In this document: piece after piece, positions 40,101 to 49,497 of the stretch | Layout of the letters: each line of letters starts with the position of its first letter | Position numbering within the stretch: position 1 is the first letter of the stretch | Source: an uncultured Collinsella sp. | GTDB taxonomy: Bacteria > Actinomycetota > Coriobacteriia > Coriobacteriales > Coriobacteriaceae | Assembly (NCBI GenBank): GCA_958365315.1 | Contig: CATWXC010000005.1 | Coordinates: 77,892-141,891, forward strand | Reading direction: 5' to 3' | DNA length: 64,000 nucleotides | Position numbers and translations under genes: made by a program | Notes under the pieces: generated by a model | Database searches by the model: none | Seen by the model: the letters and a program-made list of their open reading frames with translations, nothing else | Told to the model about the DNA's origin: nothing

Positions 40101-40820
40101 ATGAAGGGCTTTGTTGCCGAGGATTCATTTTGGGAGCTGTTTCCGCAGGCGGCGGTCGGCGTCGTGGTCGTAAAGGGCATGAAGCCTGCGGCTCAGATTC
40201 CCCAGGAGGACGTGGATGCGATCGCCGCGCTACTTGACCGCGCCAACATCGATGCGGAGCGCCACCTGACAAGCGATACCATTAGCGAAAACGCGCCGGT
40301 TAAGGCATGGCGCGAGGCGTATCGCCTGTTCAAGACCAAGAAGGGCGCGCGTTGCTCAGTTGAGAACCTGCTCAAGCGCGTGCTCAAAGGCAAGCCGGTC
40401 GGCCACATCACGCCGGCGGTGGATATCTACAATACGATTTCGTTGACTTATGCGTTGCCCGTTGGCGGTGAAGATTTGCATGCTATTGAGGGCAATCTGC
40501 GCCTGGCGGTGACCGACGGCGGCGACGCGTTCTTGCCACTTGGCGAGGAGGCAGATGATCCGACGCTGCCCGGTGAGCTTGCCTATATCGATGATGCGGG
40601 CGCCGTGTGCCGTTGCTGGAACTGGCGCGATGGCGTTCGCACGGCGCTGTCCGACGATTCGGCTGACGCATTTCTGGCGATTGAATGCGTGGAGCCCGAG
40701 CGGATGGGGGACTGCCAGGCCGCGATCGATCGCTTGGCCGAGCTGCTCGAGCGCTATCTGGGAGCGACGGTCGTCGTTAAGACGCTTGTGACCCGCGACA
40801 ATCCCTGCGTGGAGCTATAG
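40101..40820 (+). CDS. Stand-alone B3/B4 (PheRS-beta editing-like) domain protein
   Basis: WREAY, RCSVENLLKR, VDIYN..S, GGEDL and CRCWNWR motifs. Confidence 0.88.
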   Translation: MKGFVAEDSFWELFPQAAVGVVVVKGMKPAAQIPQEDVDAIAALLDRANIDAERHLTSDTISENAPVKAWREAYRLFKTKKGARCSVENLLKRVLKGKPVGHITPAVDIYNTISLTYALPVGGEDLHAIEGNLRLAVTDGGDAFLPLGEEADDPTLPGELAYIDDAGAVCRCWNWRDGVRTALSDDSADAFLAIECVEPERMGDCQAAIDRLAELLERYLGATVVVKTLVTRDNPCVEL

Positions 40821-40849
40821 CGGCGCCTAGAATCTATTGATGCCCCAAG

Positions 40850-40883
40850 CCACCACAAAGGTGCCTGTCCCCTTTGTGGTGGT
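40850..40883 (-). repeat. REP family A (reverse orientation)
   Basis: CCACCACAAAGGTGCCTGTCCCCTTTGTGGTGGT. Confidence 0.9.
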
Positions 40884-40887
40884 TTTT

Positions 40888-40963
40888 ATGTTGATGGGTT
40901 AACAATTGGGATATTTGGGTATGGGGGTTCGGACATGCGGCTAAGATGTTTACCCGTTAGCAT
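40888..40963. promoter_or_regulatory. Two candidate MarR operators
   Basis: TGTTGATGGGTTAACA and TGTTTACCCGTTAGCA upstream of marR. Confidence 0.55.
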
Positions 40964-40990
40964 CATGCAAGCGAAAGGCGGTCGTCTCCC

Positions 40991-41440
40991 ATGCAGCAGA
41001 ACGACGAGACACGTTTTGAGGACTTTGTTGGACTGATCAGCGGTCTTTACAAGGAGATTCAGCGCATCAAGACGTCCGAGGGTGCAAGGCTCGGCCTTAA
41101 GGGCTCCGACGTCATGTGCCTGTACTATCTTGAGCGCAGCAAGGACGGCCTGACTGGCGCCGACCTCGCCCGCATGGCCGGCGTTACCCGCGCCGCCGTT
41201 TCGCGCACACTGGCACATCTGGAGGAGGGTGGCTACGTCGAGGTCGATGACTCGGGTGATGCGGCCGTCAAGTACCGTGCCCCGGTGCGCCTGACTGCCC
41301 TGGGCGGCGAGAGCATGAGCGAGGCCGATCGCATCATTCGCGAAGTGCTCGACACCACCGGTAAGGCCATGGGCGTGGAGCAGCGCGAGCAGATGTACGC
41401 GTCGCTGCGTACGATTCTCAACACTCTACGCGAGATCTAG
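40991..41440 (+). CDS. MarR-family regulator
   Basis: LTGADLARMAGVTRAAVSRTL wHTH, VRLTALG. Confidence 0.88.
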   Translation: MQQNDETRFEDFVGLISGLYKEIQRIKTSEGARLGLKGSDVMCLYYLERSKDGLTGADLARMAGVTRAAVSRTLAHLEEGGYVEVDDSGDAAVKYRAPVRLTALGGESMSEADRIIREVLDTTGKAMGVEQREQMYASLRTILNTLREI

Positions 41441-41559
41441 AGCCGCGCTGGCGCTAGCTTTCAGCCAACAATTGTATCGTCCCGTTTGAGCGCGTATACC
41501 GTGCCGGGGCCTTGCTGTCAAAATTCCCTGCGCGGGACCTGCGCAAGAAAGGATTCGCT

Positions 41560-42414
41560 ATGTCCGTCCGCATTATTACCGATTCCGCAAGCGATATGTC
41601 GCCGGCCGAGCACCCAGCACTGGCCGTTTTGCCGCTGTCCGTCACCTTTGGCACCGATGTGTATATGGATGGCGTCGACATCGATCACCAGCGCTTTTAC
41701 GAGATGCTCGTGGAGCGCGATGAGCTGCCCAAGACTGGTCAGGTCAACCCGTATGCCTTTTCACAGGCGATTGCCGAAGCGCGTGAGGCCGGCGACGAGG
41801 CTGTGATTATTACCGTGGGCGCCAAGCTTTCGGGCACCAACCAGAGTGCCCGTACCGCACTTGCCGAGGCACCGGGCGGCGACGTGTATGTGGTGGATAG
41901 CAACAACGTCACCCTGGGCGAGCGCGTGCTGGTCGAGTATGCGCTGCGCTTGGTGGACGAGGGCCGTAGTGCGGCCCAGATCGCGGCGGCGGTCGAGGCC
42001 GTGCGCGACCGCGTGGTGGTTATCGGCCTGCTCGAGACGCTGGAGTATCTGGTGCGCGGCGGTCGTCTGTCTGCTGCGGCCGGCGCTGTGGGTACGCTGC
42101 TCAACGTGAAGCCGGTCGTGGCCGCCGAGGACGGCCTCATCGTGCAGTTGGGTAAGGCACGCGGTTCCAAGAACGGTCGCAACCTGCTCAACCAGAAGGT
42201 AGAAAAGGCGGGTGGCATCGACTTTTCCATGCCGCTGGCGCTCGGCTATACGGGCCTTTCGGACGCGGTGCTCAAGAAGTATATCGATGACAGTGCGGCG
42301 CTGTGGGCTGGCCACACCGAGGGCGAGCTGCCCGTCCACACTATCGGCGCCACCATCGGCACCCACGTAGGTCCCGGCGCCGTAGCCGTAGCCTTCTTCC
42401 AGCCCGCCAACTAG
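41560..42414 (+). CDS. DegV/FakB-family protein
   Basis: IITDSASD, PKTGQ, LVRGGR and IGTHVGPG motifs. Confidence 0.9.
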   Translation: MSVRIITDSASDMSPAEHPALAVLPLSVTFGTDVYMDGVDIDHQRFYEMLVERDELPKTGQVNPYAFSQAIAEAREAGDEAVIITVGAKLSGTNQSARTALAEAPGGDVYVVDSNNVTLGERVLVEYALRLVDEGRSAAQIAAAVEAVRDRVVVIGLLETLEYLVRGGRLSAAAGAVGTLLNVKPVVAAEDGLIVQLGKARGSKNGRNLLNQKVEKAGGIDFSMPLALGYTGLSDAVLKKYIDDSAALWAGHTEGELPVHTIGATIGTHVGPGAVAVAFFQPAN

Positions 42415-42425
42415 CTTTCCGGTCA

Positions 42426-42464
42426 AAACCACCACAAAGGGGACAGGCACCTTTGTGGTGGTTT
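42426..42464 (+). repeat. REP family A
   Basis: AAACCACCACAAAGGGGACAGGCACCTTTGTGGTGGTTT. Confidence 0.9.
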
Positions 42465-42493
42465 ATGCTGGTTTCGGTTGAAAGGAGCGCGCA

Positions 42494-42814
42494 ATGGCGT
42501 CTGAGGGCTTTTTTGAGCGGGCGTACGAGGTGGTCGAGCAGATTCCCGAGGGGATGGTCGCCACGTACGGCCAGGTGGCGCTGCTCGCCGGTCGTCCGCG
42601 AAGCGCGCGCTATGTGGGCTATGCGCTGCATAGCAACCCACGCCCTGGCCAAATTCCCTGTCACCGCGTGGTGTTTGCCGACGGTCGTATCTGTGAGGGT
42701 TTTGCTTTTGGCGGCCCCGATGCTCAGCGTGAGCTCTTAATGGGGGAGGGCGTGACGTTTACCGATCCCATGCACGTCGATCTGGGCGCCTGTCGCTGGC
42801 CTGCCGGACTCTAA
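42494..42814 (+). CDS. MGMT-family O6-alkylguanine alkyltransferase (short form)
   Basis: IPEGMVATYGQVA, ARYVGYA and IPCHRVV motifs. Confidence 0.88.
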   Translation: MASEGFFERAYEVVEQIPEGMVATYGQVALLAGRPRSARYVGYALHSNPRPGQIPCHRVVFADGRICEGFAFGGPDAQRELLMGEGVTFTDPMHVDLGACRWPAGL

Positions 42815-42830
42815 CAGCTCCGCCATGGCC

Positions 42831-42871
42831 AAAACCACCACAAAGGTGCCTGTCCCCTTTGCGGTGGTTTT
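42831..42871 (-). repeat. REP family A (reverse orientation)
   Basis: AAAACCACCACAAAGGTGCCTGTCCCCTTTGCGGTGGTTTT. Confidence 0.9.
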
Positions 42872-42961
42872 ACGTTGTAGGTTTACCGGGGTTAACTTAT
42901 GGAGACGATGTGTTGGCGTATATTCTCGCCAGAAAGTAAACCATGGTGAACTATATTGGTT

Positions 42962-43102
42962 TCAGCAACGGAGCAGGCAATAGGCGATGAAAAAGCCTGC
43001 CCTGTTGAGTTTGATTCGCATCCCTCCCCTCTGTGCGATTCAACGGTGTACTTCGGGAACAGGCCCGCTGGCAGTTAGTTGCCAGCGGGCCTGTTCCTGT
43101 TT
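42962..43102 (+). ncRNA. Candidate structured sRNA with a C-rich anti-SD loop
   Basis: Three hairpins after TATATT; loop CCCTCCCCTCT; 18-bp terminal stem at 43056-43097. Confidence 0.45.
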
Positions 43103-43149
43103 CGGTGAGGGGTCAGCCTCACCGTCTATGTTGTGCGAAAGCGCTTTGC

Positions 43150-44199
43150 CTAGTACACCATGCCCATGGCGTCCTGAACCTCGGCCAGGGTCTGCTCGGC
43201 GATCTCGTTAGCGCGGCGATTGCCCTCGTGCAGCACGTCCTTGACGTAATCCAGATCGTTCTCGTAGCGCTGGCGACGCTCGCGGATCGGCGCGAAGTAC
43301 TCGTTGACGGCCTCGGTCACGTACTTCTTGAGCTGGCCGGAGCCGCCCATGCCGATCTCCTCGGCAATCTCGACCTCGGAACGACCGGTACAGATGGCAG
43401 CCGTCGAAAGCAGGCCGGACACGCCGGGGCGGTTCTCGGGGTCGAACGTGATCATGCGCTCGGAGTCGGTCTGGCTCTTTTTGATGCGCTTGGCCGTTTC
43501 CTCGGCGGTCATCGAAATATTGATGGCGTTGCCGTAGCTCTTGCTCATCTTGCGACCGTCAAGGCCGGGCAGCAGCGGGGTCTCGGACAGCAGTGCGTCG
43601 ACCTCGGGAAATACCTTGCCGTAGCGGTTGTTAAAGCGGCGTGCGATGGTGCGGGTGAGCTCGATGTGCGGCAGCTGGTCGCGACCGACGGGCACCACGT
43701 TGCCCTTGCAGAACAGAATGTCGCAGGCCTGGTGCACCGGGTAGGTGAGCAGAAGGCCGGTAAGCTCGTGGCCCGAGGCCTCCATCTCGGCCTTGACCGT
43801 GGGGTTGCGCGCCAGCTCGGCCTCGGACACCAGCGACAGGAACGGCAGCATGAGCTGGTTTGCGGCGGGCACGGCGGAGTGCGCGTAGATCATGGTTTTG
43901 TCGGGGTCGATGCCGCAGGCAAGGTAGTCCATGACCATGTTGTACACGTTGTCCTGGATATGCTCGGTGGTGTCGCGGTCGGTGATGACCTGGTAGTCGG
44001 CGATGAGCACGTTGGTCTTGGCGCCCATGTTCTGCAGTTCAACACGGCCCTTGAGGGTGCCGAAGTAGTGACCCAGGTGCAAGCGTCCGGTCGGGCGGTC
44101 GCCGGTGAGCATGGTGAACTTCTCGGGCGTCTTTGCCAGGCCCTCGCGAATGGCGTTGCTCTTTTGCAGCGCGACTTCGTAGCTGTTCTCGTTTGGCAT
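43150..44199 (-). CDS. trpS: Tryptophanyl-tRNA synthetase
   Basis: TGDRPTGRLHLGHY, YPVHQACDI, VPVGRDQ and KMSKS motifs. Confidence 0.95.
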   Translation of the reverse strand: MPNENSYEVALQKSNAIREGLAKTPEKFTMLTGDRPTGRLHLGHYFGTLKGRVELQNMGAKTNVLIADYQVITDRDTTEHIQDNVYNMVMDYLACGIDPDKTMIYAHSAVPAANQLMLPFLSLVSEAELARNPTVKAEMEASGHELTGLLLTYPVHQACDILFCKGNVVPVGRDQLPHIELTRTIARRFNNRYGKVFPEVDALLSETPLLPGLDGRKMSKSYGNAINISMTAEETAKRIKKSQTDSERMITFDPENRPGVSGLLSTAAICTGRSEVEIAEEIGMGGSGQLKKYVTEAVNEYFAPIRERRQRYENDLDYVKDVLHEGNRRANEIAEQTLAEVQDAMGMVY

Positions 44200-44359
44200 G
44201 ATTGCTCCTAACGTATGTTCATGGGTCAAGATGATAACGCGTTTATTGAAGGAGGTAGGGCGTAAGTAGGCGAGGGGCGGGAGAGGGGCGGCTTGTGCGA
44301 TGGGTGCGGCGCGGCTGCGCTTGGCCAGCGTTGCCTGGGCGCATCCTCGGCAGCTTATC

Positions 44360-45559
44360 CTAGAGCTTGTGGTGGCGCTCTTCTTTACGTTCTTCGGCTG
44401 CTTGCTCCTCCTGCTTAAAAGCGGGGTCGTCGGGGGTTACCAGCTCGTCCTCGTGTGTGCGCTTATTGTAATGGTGGCGCAGGACGGGCTCAAACAGGTG
44501 CAGATGCTTGGCGAAGGCAGCCGACCCAATGGCGAGCACGACAAAGATGAGCACGCGCGTGGGCACCTCGACCTGATTGATCGCGGCGGCGCCGGCCGAA
44601 AGCATGATGCACCAGGCGTAGATGAGCAGCACGGCCTGCTTTTGGTTGTAGCCCTCTTGGATCAGGCGGTGGTGGATGTGGCCCTTGTCGGCCTGTCCGA
44701 TGCTAATGTGGGCGCGCTTGCGACGCACGATGGCGCTGAACGTGTCTATGATGGGCACGCCTGCCACGATGAGCGGGATGATGAGCGAGGTGAGCGCGGC
44801 GGTGCGGCTCACGTTGAGCAGCGAGATGGAGCCCAAAGCGAAGCCCAGCAGCAGCGACCCCGAGTCGCCCAAGAAGATGCTCGCGGGGTTGAAGTTGTAA
44901 TGCAGAAAAGCCACGCACGAGCCAAAGAGCGCGATGGAGAGCGCGGCGGCGTCGATACGGCCCGAAAGCATGGCCATCGTGAACATGGTGAACGATGCGA
45001 TGCCGCAAATGCCCGTGGCCAGGCCGTCGAGGCCGTCGATGAGGTTGATGATGTTGGTGAACGCCACTAGGTAGATCACGGTGATGGGGTAGGCGAGCCA
45101 GCCAAGCATGATCTCGCCGGGGGCAAACGGGTTGATGATGACGCCGATTTTTAAGCCGCCGATGCAGGCGATGAGCGCGGCGAGCACCTGGCCGGCCAGC
45201 TTTTGCTTGGGCTTGAGCTGGAAGACATCATCGATCGCGCCGGTCGCAAAGATCACGGTAAAGGAGAGTGCCAGCACGGGGTAGCTGATGTGAAGGCGCG
45301 GGTGCGGTACCAAAACGGGCGGCCAGCCCAGGTACCAGGTGCCCAGGATCTGCACAATACAGGCGACGACGAGGCCCAAAAAGACCGCGGTGCCGCCCAT
45401 GCGTGGGATGGGCTTAGTGTTGATACGGCGCTTGGAGGGATAGTCGACGGCGTCGAGCTTGATTGCCAGGCGCTTGACCAGGGGTACCGTGAGAAAGGTC
45501 GTGATAAAGGCAGCGGCCGCCACGCATAAGTACGGTATGAAGCTCGTGGATGAAGCCAT
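44360..45559 (-). CDS. WecA/TagO-type undecaprenyl-phosphate GlcNAc-1-phosphate transferase (MraY family)
   Basis: PRMGG, IDD, NLIDGLDGLA, FLGDSGS and HIHHRL motifs. Confidence 0.9.
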   Translation of the reverse strand: MASSTSFIPYLCVAAAAFITTFLTVPLVKRLAIKLDAVDYPSKRRINTKPIPRMGGTAVFLGLVVACIVQILGTWYLGWPPVLVPHPRLHISYPVLALSFTVIFATGAIDDVFQLKPKQKLAGQVLAALIACIGGLKIGVIINPFAPGEIMLGWLAYPITVIYLVAFTNIINLIDGLDGLATGICGIASFTMFTMAMLSGRIDAAALSIALFGSCVAFLHYNFNPASIFLGDSGSLLLGFALGSISLLNVSRTAALTSLIIPLIVAGVPIIDTFSAIVRRKRAHISIGQADKGHIHHRLIQEGYNQKQAVLLIYAWCIMLSAGAAAINQVEVPTRVLIFVVLAIGSAAFAKHLHLFEPVLRHHYNKRTHEDELVTPDDPAFKQEEQAAEERKEERHHKL

Positions 45560-45782
45560 GAATCAAAAAACCGCCAAGCGTCGAAGGAAAAGGTCAAAGG
45601 GCGCTACGCGCAAAAGGGCATAGCTGACCCATGATACTCGACCGAGGGGGGTGCGGGGGTTTGCGCCGTGCGATTATCACGCGCTTACCAGATATTGGGA
45701 TGTTGGCGGGGGTTCTGCCGAGTGCCGTTGGGTGTCATACGGGATCTGCGATGGCAATTTTTGGCAAAATCGGCAAAAGAAA

Positions 45783-45944
45783 ACCACCCCCCACGTTACG
45801 AAAATGAACCCACCTAAAACAGGTGGGTGCCCTCATCGACTGTTCCAGCGTCCTTAACAACGAAGGATACCTGTACTAAGTACGACTGTGTGGGCTCCCT
45901 AAATAAACGCGACGGTTCACCCAGTTGCTCCGCGGGGGGCGGAA
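45783..45944 (-). ncRNA. ssrS: 6S-like RNA
   Basis: Ends pair (CCGCCCCCCGCG/CGTGGGGGGTGG); contains TGAACC, TTTAGGGAGC and GGGCACCCACCTG..AGGTGGGTTCA; TATGAT -10 upstream on the minus strand. Confidence 0.75.
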
Positions 45945-46087
45945 TACCTACATCATAAAGCGGCACTTTGTTGATTCCAGTCTTGACATTACAAAAATCG
46001 TGTCGGACGATTACGGTGCCTTGGGCTTGGAGCCGTCTGTGCGCTCCGGGCCTTTACGTTTGAGCTGCTGAATCGTTGTTTTGGAGC

Positions 46088-47035
46088 ATGTTTTTTATGC
46101 CGACGTCGTTGACCGAACTTTTTTCGCCTGCCTGCCATTTGTGTCCGCGCCGTTGCGGTGCGGCGCGCGATGAGGGTGCGCACGGCATATGTGGCGCCGA
46201 CGACACGCTTAAGGTCGCCCGTGCGGCGCTCCATATGTGGGAGGAGCCACCCATTTCGGGCGAGGCCGGCTCGGGCACGATCTTCTTTAGCGGCTGTTCG
46301 CTCAAATGCGTCTACTGCCAAAACCACGAGATCTCGACGGGCAATTTCGGTCTTGAGATTACGCCCCAGCGTTTGGTCGAGATTATGCTGGAGCTGCAGG
46401 ACCAGGGCGCCGACAACATCAACCTGGTGACGGCGACACACTACGCGCACCTACTGCCGACTGCGATTGCCGCGGCACGGGCGCGCGGGCTGGTCATTCC
46501 AATCGTCTACAACACGAGCGGCTATGAGCGGGCGAGTGCCGTGGCGGCGCTCGGCGATCTGGTCGATGTGTGGCTTACCGACTTTAAATATGCCGATGCG
46601 GGGCTTGCGCAGTCGCTCTCTCATATTCAGGACTACCCGCGTGTGGCCGTGTCGGGCCTGGCACAGATGGCGCGCGAGATTGAGCGCCGCGGGGGAAATC
46701 TGGTGGACGAGGACGGGCTCATGAAGCGTGGCATCATCGTGCGTCATCTGGTGCTGCCGGGTCATGCGGACGATTCATGTCGCGTGTTGGACCTGGTGTG
46801 GCAGACGGTGGGCGACGTGCCGATCTCGGTCATGAACCAGTACACGCCCAATGCGCTCATGCGCGAGCAGGGCAGCGACCTGGCACGCGCCGTGACGCGC
46901 GAGGAGTACGAGCAGGTGCTCGACCATGCCGACGACTTGGGCTTTACGACGATGTTCTGGCAAGAAGGCGGAGCGGTAGACGAGAGCTTTACCCCGGCGT
47001 TCGACACCACCGGCGTCCTTACCAGCGCAAAGTAG
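46088..47035 (+). CDS. PflX-like radical SAM protein
   Basis: CHLCPRRC, GCSLKCVYCQN, YNTSGYE and IVRHLVLPG motifs. Confidence 0.88.
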   Translation: MFFMPTSLTELFSPACHLCPRRCGAARDEGAHGICGADDTLKVARAALHMWEEPPISGEAGSGTIFFSGCSLKCVYCQNHEISTGNFGLEITPQRLVEIMLELQDQGADNINLVTATHYAHLLPTAIAAARARGLVIPIVYNTSGYERASAVAALGDLVDVWLTDFKYADAGLAQSLSHIQDYPRVAVSGLAQMAREIERRGGNLVDEDGLMKRGIIVRHLVLPGHADDSCRVLDLVWQTVGDVPISVMNQYTPNALMREQGSDLARAVTREEYEQVLDHADDLGFTTMFWQEGGAVDESFTPAFDTTGVLTSAK

Positions 47036-47044
47036 TGCGTTTAC

Positions 47045-47130
47045 CAATGATTTTTCTGGGACGGGGGATAAATAATCATCGGGTGGCTCGGGCGTTCGAA
47101 AAGTAGTCAAAACAGCCCCGTCCCAAAAAG
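47045..47130. repeat. REP-like family C
   Basis: Matches segments of 34320-34411. Confidence 0.8.
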
Positions 47131-47145
47131 ACTGGGTATTGGGCG

Positions 47146-47173
47146 TTGACAGTTGGCGAGCCGTAGGTAAAAT
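47146..47173 (+). promoter_or_regulatory. Sigma70-type tRNA promoter
   Basis: TTGACA-16-TAAAAT. Confidence 0.75.
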
Positions 47174-47186
47174 ATCAACTTGTCCT

Positions 47187-47259
47187 GGGGACGTAGCTCA
47201 GTTGGGAGAGCGCTGCCGTCGCATGGCAGAGGCCGAGGGTTCGACTCCCTTCGTCTCCA
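47187..47259 (+). tRNA. tRNA-Ala(CGC), CCA not encoded
   Basis: Cloverleaf with GGGGACG/CGTCTCC acceptor stem (G3:U70), anticodon arm CTGCC-GTCGCAT-GGCAG and TTCGA T-loop. Confidence 0.93.
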
Positions 47260-47273
47260 CCCTTGGATTTGAT

Positions 47274-47305
47274 AAGCCGCTGACATTGTGTCGGCGGCTT
47301 TTTTT
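47274..47305 (+). terminator. tRNA terminator
   Basis: AAGCCGCTGACA-TTG-TGTCGGCGGCTT followed by a T-tract. Confidence 0.8.
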
Positions 47306-47323
47306 AAAAGAAAGGGCTGTACC

Positions 47324-47809
47324 ATGGCCGAGCTTGAGTCCCAACCACTGTCTGCCGAGGAGCGCGCCGAGTTGGAAGAGCTCCGCGCCGAGAAGGCTCG
47401 TCGCGAGGCCCAGGAAGAGGCACGCCGCGAGCGTGAGGAGCTGGCTGCCCTGCGTGCCGAGCGTGCGAAGGCCGAGGAGGTCGCCGCGAACGCCGCATCC
47501 GCACCGGCGCCCGCGCCCGCACCCAAGCCCGCCGCCGCGAAGCCTGCGCCCAAGCCCGTCGCCGCGAAGCCCGCGCCCACCGCGCCCAAACCTCAGCCTA
47601 AAAAGGCCGCTCGTCCCAAGTCCGTCGAGCCCAAGCCGAGCCGTGACGAGATGACCTTTGCCCAGCGCATGGTCACCTCCAAGGAGCCTACGGGCGAGAA
47701 TGAGATCCCTGGCATGGCACCGGCTCAAAAAATCATCATTGTCCTTGCCCTCATCGCGTTTATCGTCTTTATGGTCTACACGATCACGGGCAGCATGGGC
47801 CTGCACTAA
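47324..47809 (+). CDS. Hypothetical protein: coiled coil, P/A/K-rich linker, C-terminal TM
   Basis: Composition pattern; AAAGGG RBS. Confidence 0.75.
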   Translation: MAELESQPLSAEERAELEELRAEKARREAQEEARREREELAALRAERAKAEEVAANAASAPAPAPAPKPAAAKPAPKPVAAKPAPTAPKPQPKKAARPKSVEPKPSRDEMTFAQRMVTSKEPTGENEIPGMAPAQKIIIVLALIAFIVFMVYTITGSMGLH

Positions 47810-47893
47810 CCTGTTCGCGCCGGGCTCCATGCCCGCGCGCTCTGCCCTCGCCCAACCCTCAACCTCTGCACAACACATCCGAAAGGTCGCCCC

Positions 47894-49399
47894 ATGGCTT
47901 TGACCGACATCTCGCATCCCACCGACATCGCAATGCTCACCGATCTGTACGAACTCACTATGGCCCAGGGCCTGTGGGAGAGCGGCAAGGCCAATGAGCA
48001 GGGTTGTTTTACGGCGTTTTACCGCGACCATCCCTTTGGCAGCGCGTATGCCGTCATGTGTGGCACCGCCGAGCTGCCCGAGCTGGTCGAGAACCTGCGC
48101 TTTACGCCCGAGGACATCGACTACCTCGCTTCGCTCCAGGCTCCGGCCGGCGGCGCGATGTTCAAGCCTGCATTTCTCGACTACCTGCGCAACTTCCGTG
48201 CGCACGTGAACATTGACGCCGTGCCCGAGGGCGAGCTCGTGTTTCCGCGCGAGCCCATGGTGCGCGTCACCGGTCCGTCGCTGGAGTGCCAGCTGCTCGA
48301 GACCGCGCTGCTCAACATCGTCGGCTTCCAGACGCTCGTCGCCACCAAGACGGCACGCGTGGTGTTGGCGGCCGACGGTCGTCCCGTCGCCGAGTTTGGC
48401 CTGCGTCGCGCCCAGGGTCCCGATGGCGGCCTGGCTGTTGCGCGCGCGAGCTATGTGGCCGGCTGCTCGTCCACGTCTAACGTGCTTGCCGGGCGCCGCT
48501 ACGGCATCCCTGTCTTTGGCACGCATGCGCATAGCTGGGTGATGAGCTTCGATTCCGAGCTCGAGGCCTTCCGTGCGTTTGCCAAGTCGAGCCCCAAGAA
48601 CTGCACGCTGCTCATTGATACCTACGACGTGCGCGAGGGCTGCGAGCATGCCATTACGGTTGCCAAGGAGATGGAGGCGGCGGGCGAGCGCCTGTCGGCC
48701 ATTCGCATCGACTCGGGCGACCTGGCTAAGTTGTCCAAGTATGTCCGCGGCCGTTTTGACGCCGAGGGCCTGCCCTATGTGGGGATTTCGGTCTCCAACG
48801 ACCTTGACGAGTACACGATTCAGTCGCTGCTCGACCAGGGCGCACCCATCGATAGCTTTGGCGTGGGTACCAAGCTCGCGACCTGCTACGACCAGCCGGC
48901 GCTGGGCGGCGTGTACAAGCTTTCCGCCCGCCGTGCGAGCGACGCGGAGCCGTGGACGCCGGTGGTGAAGCTCTCCGAGCAGCCCTACAAGCGCACGATT
49001 CCGGGCGTGCAGCGTGTGCGCCGCTATTACGACGGCTTTGGCGGCCCGGTCTGCGACATGATCTATGACGAGGACCATCTGGCAGGGGAGGGCGCCGCGC
49101 GCGGCAATACCCTTGTGGCCGTGAACGATGCCGCCTTGGTGACCGATGTGTCCGAGCTTGAGTATCGCGAGCTGCTGGTGCCGATTGTGCGCGACGGCAG
49201 CGCGGTGGCTCCGCGTGAGAGCATCGAGGGCGCGCACGAGCGTTGTGCTTGGGCGCTTGATCATCTGGACGCGGCTTTCAAGCGCTTCCTGTATCCGCAG
49301 ACCTACGTGGTGGGTATGGAACAGGGTCTGGCCCAGGTGCGCGACGAGCTCGTGCGCAAGAACATGGCCGCGGCTTCGGCCTTCCCCTGGGCAAAATAA
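47894..49399 (+). CDS. pncB: Nicotinate phosphoribosyltransferase
   Basis: LTDLYELTM, EFGLRRAQG, GTHAHSW, LIDTYD, RIDSGDL and GGVYKL motifs. Confidence 0.93.
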   Translation: MALTDISHPTDIAMLTDLYELTMAQGLWESGKANEQGCFTAFYRDHPFGSAYAVMCGTAELPELVENLRFTPEDIDYLASLQAPAGGAMFKPAFLDYLRNFRAHVNIDAVPEGELVFPREPMVRVTGPSLECQLLETALLNIVGFQTLVATKTARVVLAADGRPVAEFGLRRAQGPDGGLAVARASYVAGCSSTSNVLAGRRYGIPVFGTHAHSWVMSFDSELEAFRAFAKSSPKNCTLLIDTYDVREGCEHAITVAKEMEAAGERLSAIRIDSGDLAKLSKYVRGRFDAEGLPYVGISVSNDLDEYTIQSLLDQGAPIDSFGVGTKLATCYDQPALGGVYKLSARRASDAEPWTPVVKLSEQPYKRTIPGVQRVRRYYDGFGGPVCDMIYDEDHLAGEGAARGNTLVAVNDAALVTDVSELEYRELLVPIVRDGSAVAPRESIEGAHERCAWALDHLDAAFKRFLYPQTYVVGMEQGLAQVRDELVRKNMAAASAFPWAK

Positions 49400-49497
49400 T
49401 CCCTTGGGGACGAATGATCCGCATATGACGGAGGAAAACAGATCTTTTTCTCGCTCGTCCGTTCGCCCGAACGCTCGACATTCGATTGGTTTGACGT

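Noticed and set aside
42987..43211. 74-aa ORF overlapping the sRNA candidate
   Set aside because: Weak RBS; it runs through a strong hairpin into trpS antisense.
44200..44359. T-box upstream of trpS
   Set aside because: No GGTGGNACCGCG motif or terminator seen.
47260..47900. Island integrated at tRNA-Ala
   Set aside because: No integrase, no duplicated tRNA 3' end noticed, and host-like downstream genes.
47198..49264. Long antisense ORFs (also 55219-57219, 57772-59427, 36374-38029, 38041-39543, 9841-11388)
   Set aside because: Shadow frames opposite well-supported genes, expected from high-GC codon bias; no recognisable motifs.
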